Shown here in pieces: positions 36,897 through 49,823 of a stretch of DNA of 64,000 nt. The number at the start of each line of letters is the position of its first letter. The first letter of the stretch is position 1. The stretch is taken from assembly GCA_951406725.2 (NCBI GenBank), contig OX597830.1, forward strand, positions 58,838,001 to 58,902,000, in the 5' to 3' direction. A program made the translations under genes and the position numbers. Source of the DNA: Octopus vulgaris (Eukaryota). Under the pieces are notes generated by a model. The model worked only from the letters and a program-made list of their open reading frames with translations. It had not been told where the DNA came from and ran no database searches.

Positions 36897-39398
36897 ACTA
36901 CGGACCGACAGAAAAGAAAGGAGTCATGGAGGAGTTGCTATGTACATCCGTGAGGACCTCACACCCCAGGTCCTTTTGTCATACTCAAACTCGGTGTGTG
37001 ACACTAATTATACATATAAGGCAACTTGGTGTAGTTGTGTGTGCTACATATCGTCCTCCAGATGCCCCAAGCCATGTAGGCAAGTTTGAAGACTGCCTTA
37101 TAAAAATAGAAGTTCTAGTCACATTAGAACAACACATAAGTGTACTTCTTATGGGAGACTTCAATCTACCCAATGTAAGATGGCCCGAGGGCCTTTCTCT
37201 CCCAGGAATGACACGATGTGAACGAGGACAGGCGAGGTCCCTTCTGAATCTCATCAACACCCTGTACATGGAGCAAGTAATACTCCAACCACCCAGGGCA
37301 GGTAACATACTGGATCTCTGCTTCACAAATAATATGGATCTCATCCATAATGTGAAAGTGACACCGACACTACTCTCGGATCACAACATGGTAGAGCTGA
37401 CCATACGGGCCAAAGGAAAGCATGGACATGCAGCCTACAAGTAACTCTCAGAATCTTTCCAGCTTCAACTTCCATTAGGCAAACTGGAAACAAATTAAGA
37501 AAGAGATCCTCAAACAAAACTGGCCTGAATGTCTCTCCTCGCCAGACATCGACATGAAACTTCAACAATTCATGTCTGTAATGCAAGCCATATGCTACAA
37601 ATGTGTCCCAGAGAGAAAGGCCACTGTACACATGAACAAAATCCCCAGAGAGAGGAAAATTCTAATGAGACGGCGTACAAAAGTTTCAAATCGCTTAAAC
37701 AAACAAATTGAAAGCAGTGAAAAGTCCCGCTTGAAAATAAAACTGTTGGAAATTGAAAAATGTCTGCAACTCTCTCATGAAAAGGAAAGAGCAGACAAAG
37801 AAGCCTGGGCTATAGACAACATAACATCTAACCCCTGGGCTTATAACAGGTATGCCAAAGAAACAGCTACGGTGCACTGTAGGATAGGGCCACTCCTTGA
37901 AAAGGATGGCACACTCATAGGAAATCCAATGAGGGTAAGTGAAATACTGAATGAGCAATTCAACAGTGTTTTCACTCCACCCCTTGGGCATTTCCAAATC
38001 AGCAATCCAACTGACTTCTTTACCACTGCAGATATAAAATCAGAGGCAGCGATGATTTATTACATTAATATAAAGGAAGACGATGTAATAAAGGCTATAG
38101 ATGAAATGAAAACAAACTCAGCTACTGGCCCCGATGGATTCCTGGCAATCCTTCTAAAAGTATGTTAGAGAGTCCTATCAAGACCACTGCAGTTCCTCTT
38201 TCAGAGCTTCCTTGCAACTGGCAAACTTCCAAGAAAACTGAAGGAAGGTAAAATATGCCCTATTCATAAAGGAGGTAGCAGAGCGGAGGCCAAGAACTAC
38301 AGACCTATCTCGCAAATAGTGAGCGGTGTTCCGCAGGGCACTGTTTTGGGACCACTACTGTTCATAATGGCCCTCTCAGACATGCCCTCAGCCACGCAGA
38401 GAGCCACGATCACAAGTTATGTAGATGATACAAAAGTTTCACAGGCAATACAGAACCCTGAAGACACTAAGCACCTGCAATGTGAGCTGGACAAAATATA
38501 CAAGTGGGCTGAAAAGAATAGCATGCAGTTCAATGTTGAAAAGTTTCAAGCTTTATGCTATCAGCATGCAAAACTAAATGCAATACCCAATGAATACACT
38601 GGACCCGAAGGGATTGCAATCCCAGAGGCACAATCAGTGCGTGACCTGGGTATTTACATGAGTGATGACGCAACCTTTCGTGTACATGATGCTAAATTGG
38701 CAATGAAATGTAGACGGCTGGCCGGATGGATTCTTAGAACCTTTAGAACAAGAGACCAAGAAACCATGATGGTCCTCTGGAGGACACTTGTCCTAAGCCA
38801 CTTTGACTATTGCTCTCGGCTATGGTCACCATCCAGTGTCAAGTTGATCACAGAACTTGAGGCGATCCAGCGAAGCTACACGAAGAAGATAGCCTCTGTG
38901 CAGCATATAAGCTACTGGGAAAGACTCAAGAGATTAAAACTCTATTCCTTGGAGCGTAGGCGAGAAAGATATGACATAATATACATCTGGAAGATCCTGG
39001 AAGGACTTGTCCCAAACTTTGGCATCGAGAGCTACACAAATGGCAGAACTGGGCGCCACTGCGTGGTGCCAAGGACTCCAAATTTGCCATCAAGATGTAG
39101 GACAATATACTGTGATAGCCTGGGCTTCAGAGGCCCACAGCTCTTCAATATCCTCCCGAAGAACCTGAGGGACCTGCATGGGGTGGATGCAGATGTCTTT
39201 AAAGTAGGACTGGATCTCTTCCTGTCAGGTGTCCCGAATGAACCAACTTCACGGCAGGAGGTGCAGATGAGGGCAGCTGCATCGAACTCTCTCATGCACC
39301 AAATGGCAGTTGCTAAAAAGCATTCGTGAAGTAAAATCATGTAGCAACAGCAAATGGCGGTGCCCCAGCATGGCCACAGCTCGTGAGCTGAAACTAGT
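36891..39398 (+). mobile_element. CR1-clade LINE ORF2 (APE + RT) with frameshifts and an internal RT deletion
   Basis: APE: GGVAMYI, YRPP, MGDFNLP, LDLCFTN, SDHN. RT: GPDG, NYRPIS fused to SGVPQGTVLGP, YVDD, DLGI, YSLERRRER. Confidence 0.95.
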
Positions 39399-39402
39399 TA
39401 AA

Positions 39403-39443
<41 letters not shown>

Positions 39444-39446
<3 letters not shown>

Positions 39447-39660
39447 AGCCGCAATGGCCCAGTGGTTAGGGCAGCGGACTTGCGGTCGGAGGATCGCGGT
39501 CTCGATTCCCAGACCCGGGCGTTGTGTGTGTTTATTGAGCGAAAACACCTAAAAGCTCCACGAGGCTCTGGCAGGGGATGGTGGTGATCCCTGCTGTACT
39601 CTTTCACCACTCTAAAGGCGGTGCTCCAGCATGGCCGCAGTCAAATGACTGAAACAAGTA
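39444..39660 (+). mobile_element. Chimeric SINE: S3 head + S2/CR1-type tail
   Basis: Matches 19989-20150, then switches to AAAGGCGGTGCTCCAGCATGGCCGCAGTCAAATGACTGAAACAAGTA. Confidence 0.75.
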
Positions 39661-39665
39661 CAAAA

Positions 39666-39736
<71 letters not shown>

Positions 39737-39739
<3 letters not shown>

Positions 39740-41790
39740 TAGTAAAAAGTGAAAAAACTACAGAAGGCTTGTTTTATAAGGTTAAAGAATATATTTGAGT
39801 CATTATGTTGGAAGAATGTTATAAAATTTTTTCATACAGTAACATAGTTTTTGAAGAAATTACCGGTTTCGTGTTAACTTTTCAAATTTCTCAAGTGTCT
39901 TTACCTACATCGTGTTATGTCTTCGTTATGAAGTGCAAAGAAGAGTTCCAGGCAGGGGTAGGTAATGAGCGATTTCTTCTGGTATAAGGAAGATAATCGC
40001 TTTATATTTCTTTTCCTCTTTATCTAATGGAGTGAGTTTCTCTGTATAAGAATGTTAGAATGGTTAAGGTTGGGTTTATATTTTTCAATGAAGAATGTTT
40101 CCTTGTTTTATCTAATTTGTGTTGGTGTTCCAATAGCACATTGATAGAATGGAAAGATTAAAAATTGTGGTAGTAGTTGCTTTGCGCATTTCTCAATATG
40201 CTCACTAAAGGGTATCATTCTGTATTCTGGGAATGCAACCTGAGTGATAGTCCCGTGGACCGTACGTAGTTTTGGTGGCAGCCCGAGCACCTTATGACAT
40301 AAATTATGTTTTCAGAAGCACAAGTAAAATTAGATTTGATCTTGAATTTTTGTCCCTCTTTGAAAAGAAATTCTGATCCTTCTAGAAGGTTTGGTCATGT
40401 TGCGCAGTTTGGTCTACCACATTTTTTTTACTTTTGCATTCGTAGTTTCAGAAAACAATTTTGCCTTTGTGAGAATCTTTTTAAGTGATTTCGGTTGTTT
40501 GTAGCTTTTAATGATTTTATGTATGTTTAGAATTTCCTTTAATTTGGGGTCCTTATGAAGTATTGGTAAATTCTGGGTGATGATGGTGAAGGCTTCTTTG
40601 TTTCTGGGGTTGTATGTGGATATGTAAGGCAGTATTTTCGGGGAAGGTGTGTTGTTGTGTTGAACTTTTCTCAAAGTTTCTATGTCGATTTCTGTTGCAC
40701 GTCTGATCCCATCCTCTATGAGTTGAGCTGGGTAGTGTCTGTCAATTAGGGTGTTTTTGAGTTCTTGTAGTCTCAAGTTCCTGGTATTTTGTTCTGACAC
40801 TATTGTGCATGTCCTTCTTGCAAGGTTGAAAGGGATGTTTGTTTTAGTGTGTTTTGGGTGGTATAAATCAAAAAGTAGGTATTGTTTAGCGTCTGTGGCT
40901 TTGTAAAAAATGTCTGTTTCTATTTTAAGGTTAATTTTTTTAATTAGTATATCTAAGAATGGAAGCTCCTTTTGGTTGTATTCCGTTGTGAACTGTATAT
41001 TTGGGTTGATGCTGTTCAATAGGTTTTTGAATTTTAGGAGTGTATATGTGTTTTCATTCCAGAGTATAAAACAATCGTCCAGGAATCTTTTCCAATTCTC
41101 TTTTATGTATTGAGAGAGGGGGTTTCCAAAGGTCGATAAAGATTCCTGGTATACAATTATTTCCAGGTAGCCCATTGTTAGGTTCGCAATGACTGGTGCT
41201 GCCCTTGTACCCATAGCAATTCCGGATTTTTTACGGTAAAATGTATTGTCAAACATGAAGTGGTTATTTTGTAGGATGAATTCAACCGATTTAGTAATGA
41301 ATTCTTTACTGATCCTTTTTGGTATTTCTTCCGGAAATTAGTCCAGCCAGAACTGTATTGCTTCTAGTCCATAATTATGAGGTATACTGGAATATAAATT
41401 AACTACATCAAATGAAACCATGATTGTTTCTTCTTTGACTTTTTTTGGAAGGTGGTTTAACATATCCAAGTCATCTATGATATGACTATCGATATGTTTA
41501 AGGAAGGGTTTCAGGAGGATGTCCATAAATAGACTTAGTCTGTGTGTTTCACAGGTTGGGCCAGCTACAATGGGTCGTAGTTTTAGGTCCCCCGGGTTAG
41601 GTGTGTGTATGTATGTCTTTGGTGATTTTTTAATGGTTTCATTTATAATTTGGCTTTTATGTATTTTTGGCAGACCATAGAAGAGGCTAGGCTTGCATTT
41701 AAAGTTTGTTAGAAAGTCAATCTCTTTGGTTGTTAGTTCCTTTTCATGGGTTTTAATTAGTGAAGACAGAGTTTTCATTATTTTTTGCTC
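39737..41790 (-). mobile_element. 5'-truncated Penelope-like element (RT + Cys linker + GIY-YIG region), Neptune-like, decayed
   Basis: FYGLPKIHK, LRPIVAG, SFDVVNLYSSIP, GIAMGT, RFLDDCF, LPFLDILI, HPKHTK. A Cys-rich linker and FTCASENIIYVIRCSGC lie at 40270-40420. Confidence 0.92.
39856..39890 (-). ncRNA. Degenerate hammerhead in the PLE 3' terminal region
   Basis: GAAAT-TTGAAAA-GT[TAAC]AC-GAAA-CCGG-TA-ATTTC, downstream of the PLE ORF on the same strand. Confidence 0.6.
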
Positions 41791-42140
41791 AAATCTTCTA
41801 GAATGTATTAAGAATGCATAAATATATTATTGAGAAAAGGAAATATTATCTAAAAAAGAAGCAAATGAATTTAACTACAAATACGAAGAAATGGTAAAAA
41901 TTCTCCTCCATTGTATTTAATGTACAAACCAGAAGCAAATGAGTGAGCTTCTGTTTAGTCCCTGGTCACTGTTAGCAATATCAAGTAAATCACCTTCAAA
42001 TTTGAAACGGGACAATCATATTGGATAAAGTAATTCCGGATATGATTTGCACAAGGGAAGGGATGACCATAGCTGAAGCGCCTTTGACCCTAGATCTGAT
42101 CAATAGGTCTGAACTAGAGTTAAACAACAACAACAGCCTC

Positions 42141-42643
42141 TTAACCCTTTGATGCCGGTATTACCCGAGGCATGCGAGACACTGCTCCGGATTTTTTTTT
42201 TTATCTATTGAGGCCACACAAACACACAAGTGCCAACGAACTCGCGTCTGTTCACGTTCACCGTTACAATGACATAGCGTCGTGCATTTACGTCGACCGG
42301 TTTATGGAAACGAACTATGTGAAGCTATTTATCATAATATGATATGCACGAGTTATTCCTACTCAAGTTTTAAAATTGCTTGCGTGTGGTACGACTCAAA
42401 GCACGGTATTATGCATGTAAAGTATCCGCATGTCATTGGTCTACTACTAGTCTCATGACTTGAACGTAACCTAAAATAGCTAAGATAATGCACGGAACGG
42501 CGATAGCGAGCGTAAACATACGTCAGCCGCTAAAATGTCCGTGATTGACGTAGGGCAGCTCTACATCGAATATTTACGTTAACCGCGGGTAGGCAAGCAA
42601 AAGTGTGATCGCATATTTGCGTCAACCGTTCTCAAGCGGTCAA
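42141..42643. mobile_element. Possible old piggyBac-like MITE, CpG-rich
   Basis: Left end TTAACCCTTTGATGCCGGT. The right end ACCGTTCTCAAGCGGTCAA matches it at about 13 of 19 positions. Confidence 0.3.
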
Positions 42644-43005
42644 TAATCCTCTTCCTCATCGTCAACTACAAAAACAACAGTAACGACAAGCAGCCCATTA
42701 AATCTTCAAATTCTGAACACAAAATACTCCTCCGATAAATAACTAAATTCGTACACATATCACAGAAATCTCATCAAACATGACCATACTGCCAATGCTG
42801 GCTTTAAGCTTGCGTGAATTGAATTATATTGTCTTTGAAATTTCTGGTCAAATCGACTTCATTGTGCGATTGTTATAAATAAAAATCAAGCAAATCTTGT
42901 CAGTTGGATTTTATTCTAATTCTTTTCCAATTATAAATTCATGGATAAAAAACAAACAAAAACTGTGCAAATGATAAATTCAAATCTCATTTTCAAAGAA
43001 TATTA

Positions 43006-43386
43006 AGGCGGCGAACTGGCAGAAACGTTAGAACGCCGGGCAAAATGCTTGGCGGTATTTTGTCTGCCGCAACGTTCTGAGTTCAAATTCCGCCGAGGTC
43101 GACTTTGCCTTTCATCCTTTCGGGGTCGATTAAATAAGTACCAGTTATAATCGACTTAATCCGTTTGTCTGTCCTTGTTTGTCTTCTCTGTGTTTACCCC
43201 CCTGTGGGCAGTAAAGAAATAGAAATAAGTATTACGTCTGCCGCTACGTTCTGAGTTCAAATTCCGCCGATGTCGACTTTGCCTTTCATCATTTCGGGGT
43301 CGAATAATTAAGTACCAGTTGCGTACTGGGGTCAACTTAATCCCCTCCCACCAAAATTTCAGGCCCTGTGCCTAGAGCAGAAAAGT
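43006..43386 (+). mobile_element. SINE S1 with a two-unit body
   Basis: 17-bp TSD ATTTTCAAAGAATATTA at 42989-43005 and 43387-43403. Confidence 0.9.
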
Positions 43387-44066
43387 ATTTTCAAAGAATA
43401 TTATAGAAATATTGTTTTATTTATTCATGGGGAAAGTAATAATAATTTGAATAAAATAATCTAAATCCTACATTTCTTTTCTTCAATTCTTAGGTGCTTA
43501 TCGTTCATATGTTTTTTTTTCTTCCATTTAATAAAATACATCTCATATTTTATCATATGTATATAGAAATATTCGCGATTTTGTTAGACCAATGCGCATG
43601 CAGCTATTGCTAAAATTGCACCTGATTATTTTCTTTATTCCAGCAGATGTCTATATAAAACGTAGATACACATTTATTTTACAGACACTTATACACTTGT
43701 GACATATTATCCATCAAACTCCTTTGATATCATACGCTTTTATTCAGAATCAATGAAATGTTAAAATATTGTAGTTTAATGTCTCACGTGGCTTGCAAGC
43801 CCCATTTTGTGTGTACACCTGCTGCATAATTTAGCTCTAATATTATTTGAGTCTTTATTTCCCCTTCTCTTTATTGATATTTTTATAGGTTTCAATGCTG
43901 TAATTTTAATGCTTTCAACGCGTACTATAGAAGATCATGTACTAATACATCGCATTCATCTTGCAAAACCATGTCAATACAATCCGGAATTATGAAGAAC
44001 AACAAACTTTACGTTATTTACATTATTTACAATTGACGGATATTTGTCCTCATCTTGTTTGTTGTT

Positions 44067-44112
44067 AACACAACGTTTCGGCTGATATACCCTCCAGCCT
44101 TCATCAGGTGTC
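44067..44112 (-). ncRNA. Minimal type-I hammerhead motif, intact
   Basis: GACAC-CTGATGA-A-GGCTG[GAGGGTATAT]CAGCC-GAAA-CGTT-GTGTT. Confidence 0.82.
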
Positions 44113-44265
44113 TTGGGGAAATTTTGAACCTGGGTTCTGATTCCTAAGGTATTTTTCGATGTTATTATTATTCAGGTCATTTCCTGGAAACCACTACGCC
44201 ATATGCCCACGGGTATATGGCGTAGTGGTTAAGGGCGCGGGCTACTAACCCCAAGATTCCAGTTG

Positions 44266-44349
<84 letters not shown>

Positions 44350-44419
44350 TAATAATAATAGCAACAACAACATTGAAAAATACCTTAGGAATGAGAACCC
44401 AGGTTCAAAATTTCCCCAA

Positions 44420-44465
44420 GACACCTGATGAAGGCTGGAGGATATATCAGCCGAAACGTTGTGTT
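44420..44465 (+). ncRNA. Minimal type-I hammerhead motif, intact
   Basis: GACAC-CTGATGA-A-GGCTG[GAGGATATAT]CAGCC-GAAA-CGTT-GTGTT. Confidence 0.82.
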
Positions 44466-45528
44466 AACAACAAACAAGATGAAGGCAAATATCCATCAAT
44501 TGTAAATAATGTAAATAATGTACATAATTCCTCATCTCTTAAATATAGAAACTTTAAGTTGTTGTTAACCTCAAATAAGTCCTGAAACGGTAGAGCTACG
44601 ATCAAAGTTATGTCTCTCTTAACTGTATCGTCTTATATTAAGATAGAATGTATCTAAGACGATGTAGAGTGGTTTGAATTAGGCTTTGCTCTTATTCTAG
44701 CAAGTCGAGCTATCACGTAGATGTCCCCTCCTTGAATCTTTGTTTAACGCCAGATCAGACCTGATCGACCAGATTTAGAATCAAAGCATTCCTATCCATG
44801 AACATCTCATAATTTTTTTCAGGTATAAGAGTACCTTTGTTAACACTATCCAATGTGCGTGCTCTTTTTAATGACCCCATTTCATTCAGTCGTTTTCGAC
44901 CCACCCCTGGTTGGATATATTCCTCCCATGATTGGTTGATCGACCACCGATACCCAGGCGGAATTCGAACTCAGAACGTAAAAACCTACATGAGATACTG
45001 CAAGATATTTTGTCCAATAATCTGATAATTCCGCCAGTCTACCGGATCTATTGATATTTATTTTATCGTCCGAATGGGTAAAAGGTAAAACTGACTTCGG
45101 CTGATTTGAACTCAGGATGCAGTGAAGAACAAATGCCATAAGGCATTCTATCCGACAATTCAATATCTCTGTCACTTTGCCGCTGCTTTATAATGGAAAT
45201 GTCTAATATGAGGGATATTCGACTGCTACTTGTAACATGAGGAGCAGCGAGCTGGGGGCTTCCAAGCTGAGCTTGTTCGAGTATGTAGAACTATATCATA
45301 TAATATTTTCAGTGTGTAAGACGATATGGAAAGTTTCGAAGGAGATTTGGCTGCTATTTCTAGCATGTCTAGGGACTACATATGAGAGCTACTTCTTTGG
45401 CTCCTTCATGGTGAAGAACTATTCAAACATTAAAAGCTAAATAGCATATTCCTTTTTCATACATCAAGCTATGAATTTCATCTTTTTCTGTTGTTGTTGT
45501 TACTATTATTATTATTATTATTATTATT

Positions 45529-46037
45529 GAGTGAGAGAGCAGTTCATGCCATCAAAGTGACACTGGGGTAAAATATACGAAGCCCAATATACCCATCATG
45601 ACTACCCGTCTGATAAGGGCACACCAGGCACATGCATCACAACCATATGTGCGCGACATGGTGATCTCATATCAAGATAAACAGCACATGACCTTGCAGG
45701 TGGAGCCCAGTTAGAATTTTCTTCAGGTTGAGTAGTCCATCCCGCTCAAACGGTCCCTGAATAAGGGTTGTTTAAGGATGTTGAAAGAACCACCCATGTT
45801 TCCAGAGGTGAATTATTCAAACCCCAAAGAATCCCTCTCAACACATGGCTATGATGCTCCCCCACTACTTCTGCTCATGATCAGAGATGCACATATCGTC
45901 AGCCACTAAGGGACATGCTCAACTGGTTAAGGTCAAACAACTGACAAGCAAATCTGTGGTATTGAGCAGAATATTTGCTGTAGCTCATCTTTTTATACCA
46001 AGACAAAACAATGTACATGATAACACTTCCAATCAGT
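45529..46037 (-). mobile_element. Family C (AAT)n-inserted element, slightly 5'-truncated
   Basis: Reverse complement of about 1170-1680, between (TTA)n tracts. Confidence 0.85.
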
Positions 46038-46096
46038 TTATTATTATTATTATTATTATCATTATTATTTTTGTTGTTGTTGTTGTTGTTAGTATT

Positions 46097-46428
46097 AGCG
46101 GCAAAATCGTTAGCACGCCGGGAAACAAATGCTTAGCGATATTTCGTCTGCCGTTGCGTTCTGAGTTCAAATTCCGCCGAGGTCGACTTTGTCTTTCATC
46201 CTTTCGGTGTCGATTAAATAAATACCAGTTACGCACTAGGGTCGATATAATCGACTTAATCCGTTTGTCTGTCCTTGTTTGTCCTCTCTGTGTGTAGCCC
46301 CTTGTGGGCAGTAAAGAAATAGGTATTTCGTTTGTCTTCTCGTTCCGAGTTCAAATTCCGCCGAGGTCGACTTTGCCTTTCATCCTTTTGGGGAGGGACA
46401 AAATAAGTACCAGTTGAACAGTGGGGTC
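46097..46428 (+). mobile_element. SINE S1 with 1.5-2 body units
   Basis: GAGTTCAAATTCCGCCGAGGTCGAC occurs twice. Confidence 0.85.
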
Positions 46429-47473
46429 TATTTTCTTTTATACTCAGTAAAATATTATTTTCTACTCGTGCTGTCCCGGTATACGGAGACTGCTTAGAGC
46501 GAAACAGCACCTAAACTGACCCCCACTCACCAAAAACGTCTAAATCATATTAAGGAATGTGCAAACTACAACGAAAACGAAACATAGAAACGACCGGCAA
46601 ACATGAACGTGTTTGGGCAAACGAAAGCGTGACGAATATAAATGAAAGCTCATCAGTCGCAAGTGTACTTTCCAATGAGAAATCTCTTTGTGTTAACCAT
46701 TTCACAGAAGAGACAAAGGCAGGGAAGTAACTGATTCATATAACGGGCGACATCCTGTTCACATCTATCAATAGGCTGTGTGTGAGGAGAAGGGGAACAT
46801 GCTTGCACCTTGCCACGGTCACGTGAGTTTTCTTTGTCCTGTCTAAGGAATAACAGGAGACAGCTCTCACAGTTAAATGAAATCTCGTTCTGTCGGGAGG
46901 AAAAATTTATGGTACCGTACGTGTTAGAGGAGGGACTGATATGCCTTACAGAAAGAGTATGAGACATATCCGCCTTAAAGAGTTCCCACTGCATTTGGGA
47001 ATGAGAAATACAAAAATCAGAATGAAAGGCATTATTGACCACCCCGGACTCTAGTTTGTAGTCTCTTCGTGGCACAATGAGGGCAGATATCAACGCTAAC
47101 GTATCCTTCAATGATATGTGATCAGGCGGTATCAATATCAACAATCGGGATCAATATGAAAAAAGTGATCCTACAAAATAGGATCATAAACCCATCTTAT
47201 AATCATGCTCTGTGACAAGTGTTGAGAGGAAGCCCTTAAATCTGAGTTCCAGATCCTAAAACTCAGTTACTTGAGGGGTAGTAAAATTCATTTAAAAGCG
47301 CTTTCTACCGCTAAGGATTCAAAGGAGAAAAGTAACAGGAGCAAATGGAGTCTGCTGCCGTTAGGGCGGCATCTTATACCAAAGCTTCAATGACTCTAGA
47401 ATCGCCCCCAAAATCGCCTTGCTTTCATTTCCGGAAGTGAACCAATAGACTCCACAAAAAAAAAAATTTTCTA

Positions 47474-47915
<442 letters not shown>

Positions 47916-48954
47916 AAGTGTAAAAAGTGTAAAGTGTATTTCAAGCCACGCCCACTAAAGTAAAACTGAAACTGTACAAATAATACACTTCATACAAAGA
48001 AGAAAAAAACAAATAGTTTTAATTGAAACACAAAATATTGATAGTAAACACGAACAAGAAAAAACTACAGATGTATTACCTCCATAGTATAGAAATCGTG
48101 TCGACAATGACAACAACATCAACAGTCCCTATGTATGTCGTACATAATGTGTAAACAAGAAGAGCGAAAGGGCGCCTTTTGCCAACGTCCTTCAATACAT
48201 TTTTGGTAATATTTTGTTTAGATGAATGGCACCAGAATTTCCTCAATTGCTCACAGAGGTTCGAGGATGTTGAAAGTAATGCATCTTTGGACTTTACGAG
48301 AACAGCAGGTTTCCATGTTCCCATCAAACAAAAGTTGGAGGCAGTCCTGGCAGAGAGTACTACATTTAGAACATAGAACGGAGTGAAAGCACAAGCCCAA
48401 CACTTGCATAATAAGTTGGTTCAGCAATATTTGGGAATGAAGGACCTAAAGGGGTCACTTTCTAGAACATATATGATATGGTCCGGTGGGATAACCTTAG
48501 GTATACAAACTATCCTGACCCAGCAAAACTACAAAAAAACACTACAAGGACTGTGTCCTGTGGAGGCTGCTGAGGCAAAGATCCTAAAACTCAGCATCCA
48601 AAGGATGCGACTCAGCTCTTGTACAACAAAGAAAGCCTAAAAGAACAAAACCAACAACAAACTATGTGGAGTATCGGTCCAGGAGCAACACCAGGCAAAT
48701 GAAGCAGACCCTGTCCTTAATAGCAGGAGCGAGCCAGGAATCCCAAAAATATGCTTTCTCACCAACCACAATTGGCAAAAACAAGGAAAGTTTTCCATAA
48801 TAACAACGATAACAATAAGTAACACTAAACCAGCAGGTAGTGCCATCTCATAGCAGCTCCACCCTTGTAAGGGTGGGCACCAGAGAGAGGCCGGTGGTGA
48901 ACAGCAGACTTCTTTATAAAAACGAACGCATACATACATACATACATACATATA

Positions 48955-49148
48955 CATAGATCGTTAGCCACTACAAAAATTTTTTTCTCGCCTTATTTCT
49001 TTCCTTGTTTTTTTTTTCTGTGTCCCTTTCTGTAGAAGAGCGTAGGCTCGAAGCATAAAAGACTTTTTCTATTCCTGAGCGTTATACTAATACATCTGTT
49101 TGTTTTGTACACCACCTGTCTTCGTCTTTTGTTTTTTCCGTAAACTCT

Positions 49149-49150
<2 letters not shown>
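48955..49150 (+). mobile_element. PLE-like terminal fragment with a variant hammerhead (49026-49061)
   Basis: CTTT-CTGTAGA-A-GAGC[GTAG]GCTC-GAAG-CATA-AAAG. Confidence 0.5.
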
Positions 49151-49184
<34 letters not shown>

Positions 49185-49823
49185 CTTTGATAGGTTTCGG
49201 CCAGTATAGGCACAGGCCATGTCTAACTCAATAGCACCACATATATATATTTATATATAACTACATAAATATTTTTTATAAACAAACCCGAAAGGCTTAG
49301 CGAGTTACGGAGAGAAAGCTACTATGGAAGGGTCATAGTATTATATAGCTGCATATAATATACATCATAATGGTATTTATTCTCCGATTTGAAGCGACAA
49401 TTTTTAAATATGAACAAATGACCCAAAAATGATGAGCTAACCTGAGGCTGAATCGAACTTTTTAAAAAAAAATACGTTTAAACATTTCACTTGGTCAAAA
49501 TCAAACCGAATGTTTGTATTGAATTAGGCGGGATAGGTAATGGCTAACAGTGGTGGTTGTAATAACATGAACGAACTCGTCTGCAAATTACAAACCTGTG
49601 AACAAATATTCACACTGATGCTAAAAATGAAAACAAAAACAACAGCAACAACAAAAAGCAGCCAGAAGTGACGCCCCTCCCCCCATTGTACTACTGATAA
49701 ACTCACCGACAAACAAAATTGACAAAATTGAGTGGAATAGACGAAACGAAAATGTGAACAATTACAAGAGCAGCGGGGGTCGGTGCTAGAATCACCATTT
49801 GCGAATGTCGCAGCGTAAAAAGA

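Larger units (their letters stand above)
44016..44548 (+). mobile_element. Family H1 head-to-head foldback SINE with two intact hammerhead motifs
   Basis: Symmetry centre at 44209-44210. Each arm is tRNA-like head + (AAT)n + HHR tail. TSD AAACTTTA(C/A)GTT at 44004-44015 and 44549-44560. Confidence 0.88.

Noticed and set aside
49185-49240. Minus-strand GGCC...GGCC-GAAA hairpin as a hammerhead
   Set aside because: No CUGANGA upstream and no clear stem I.
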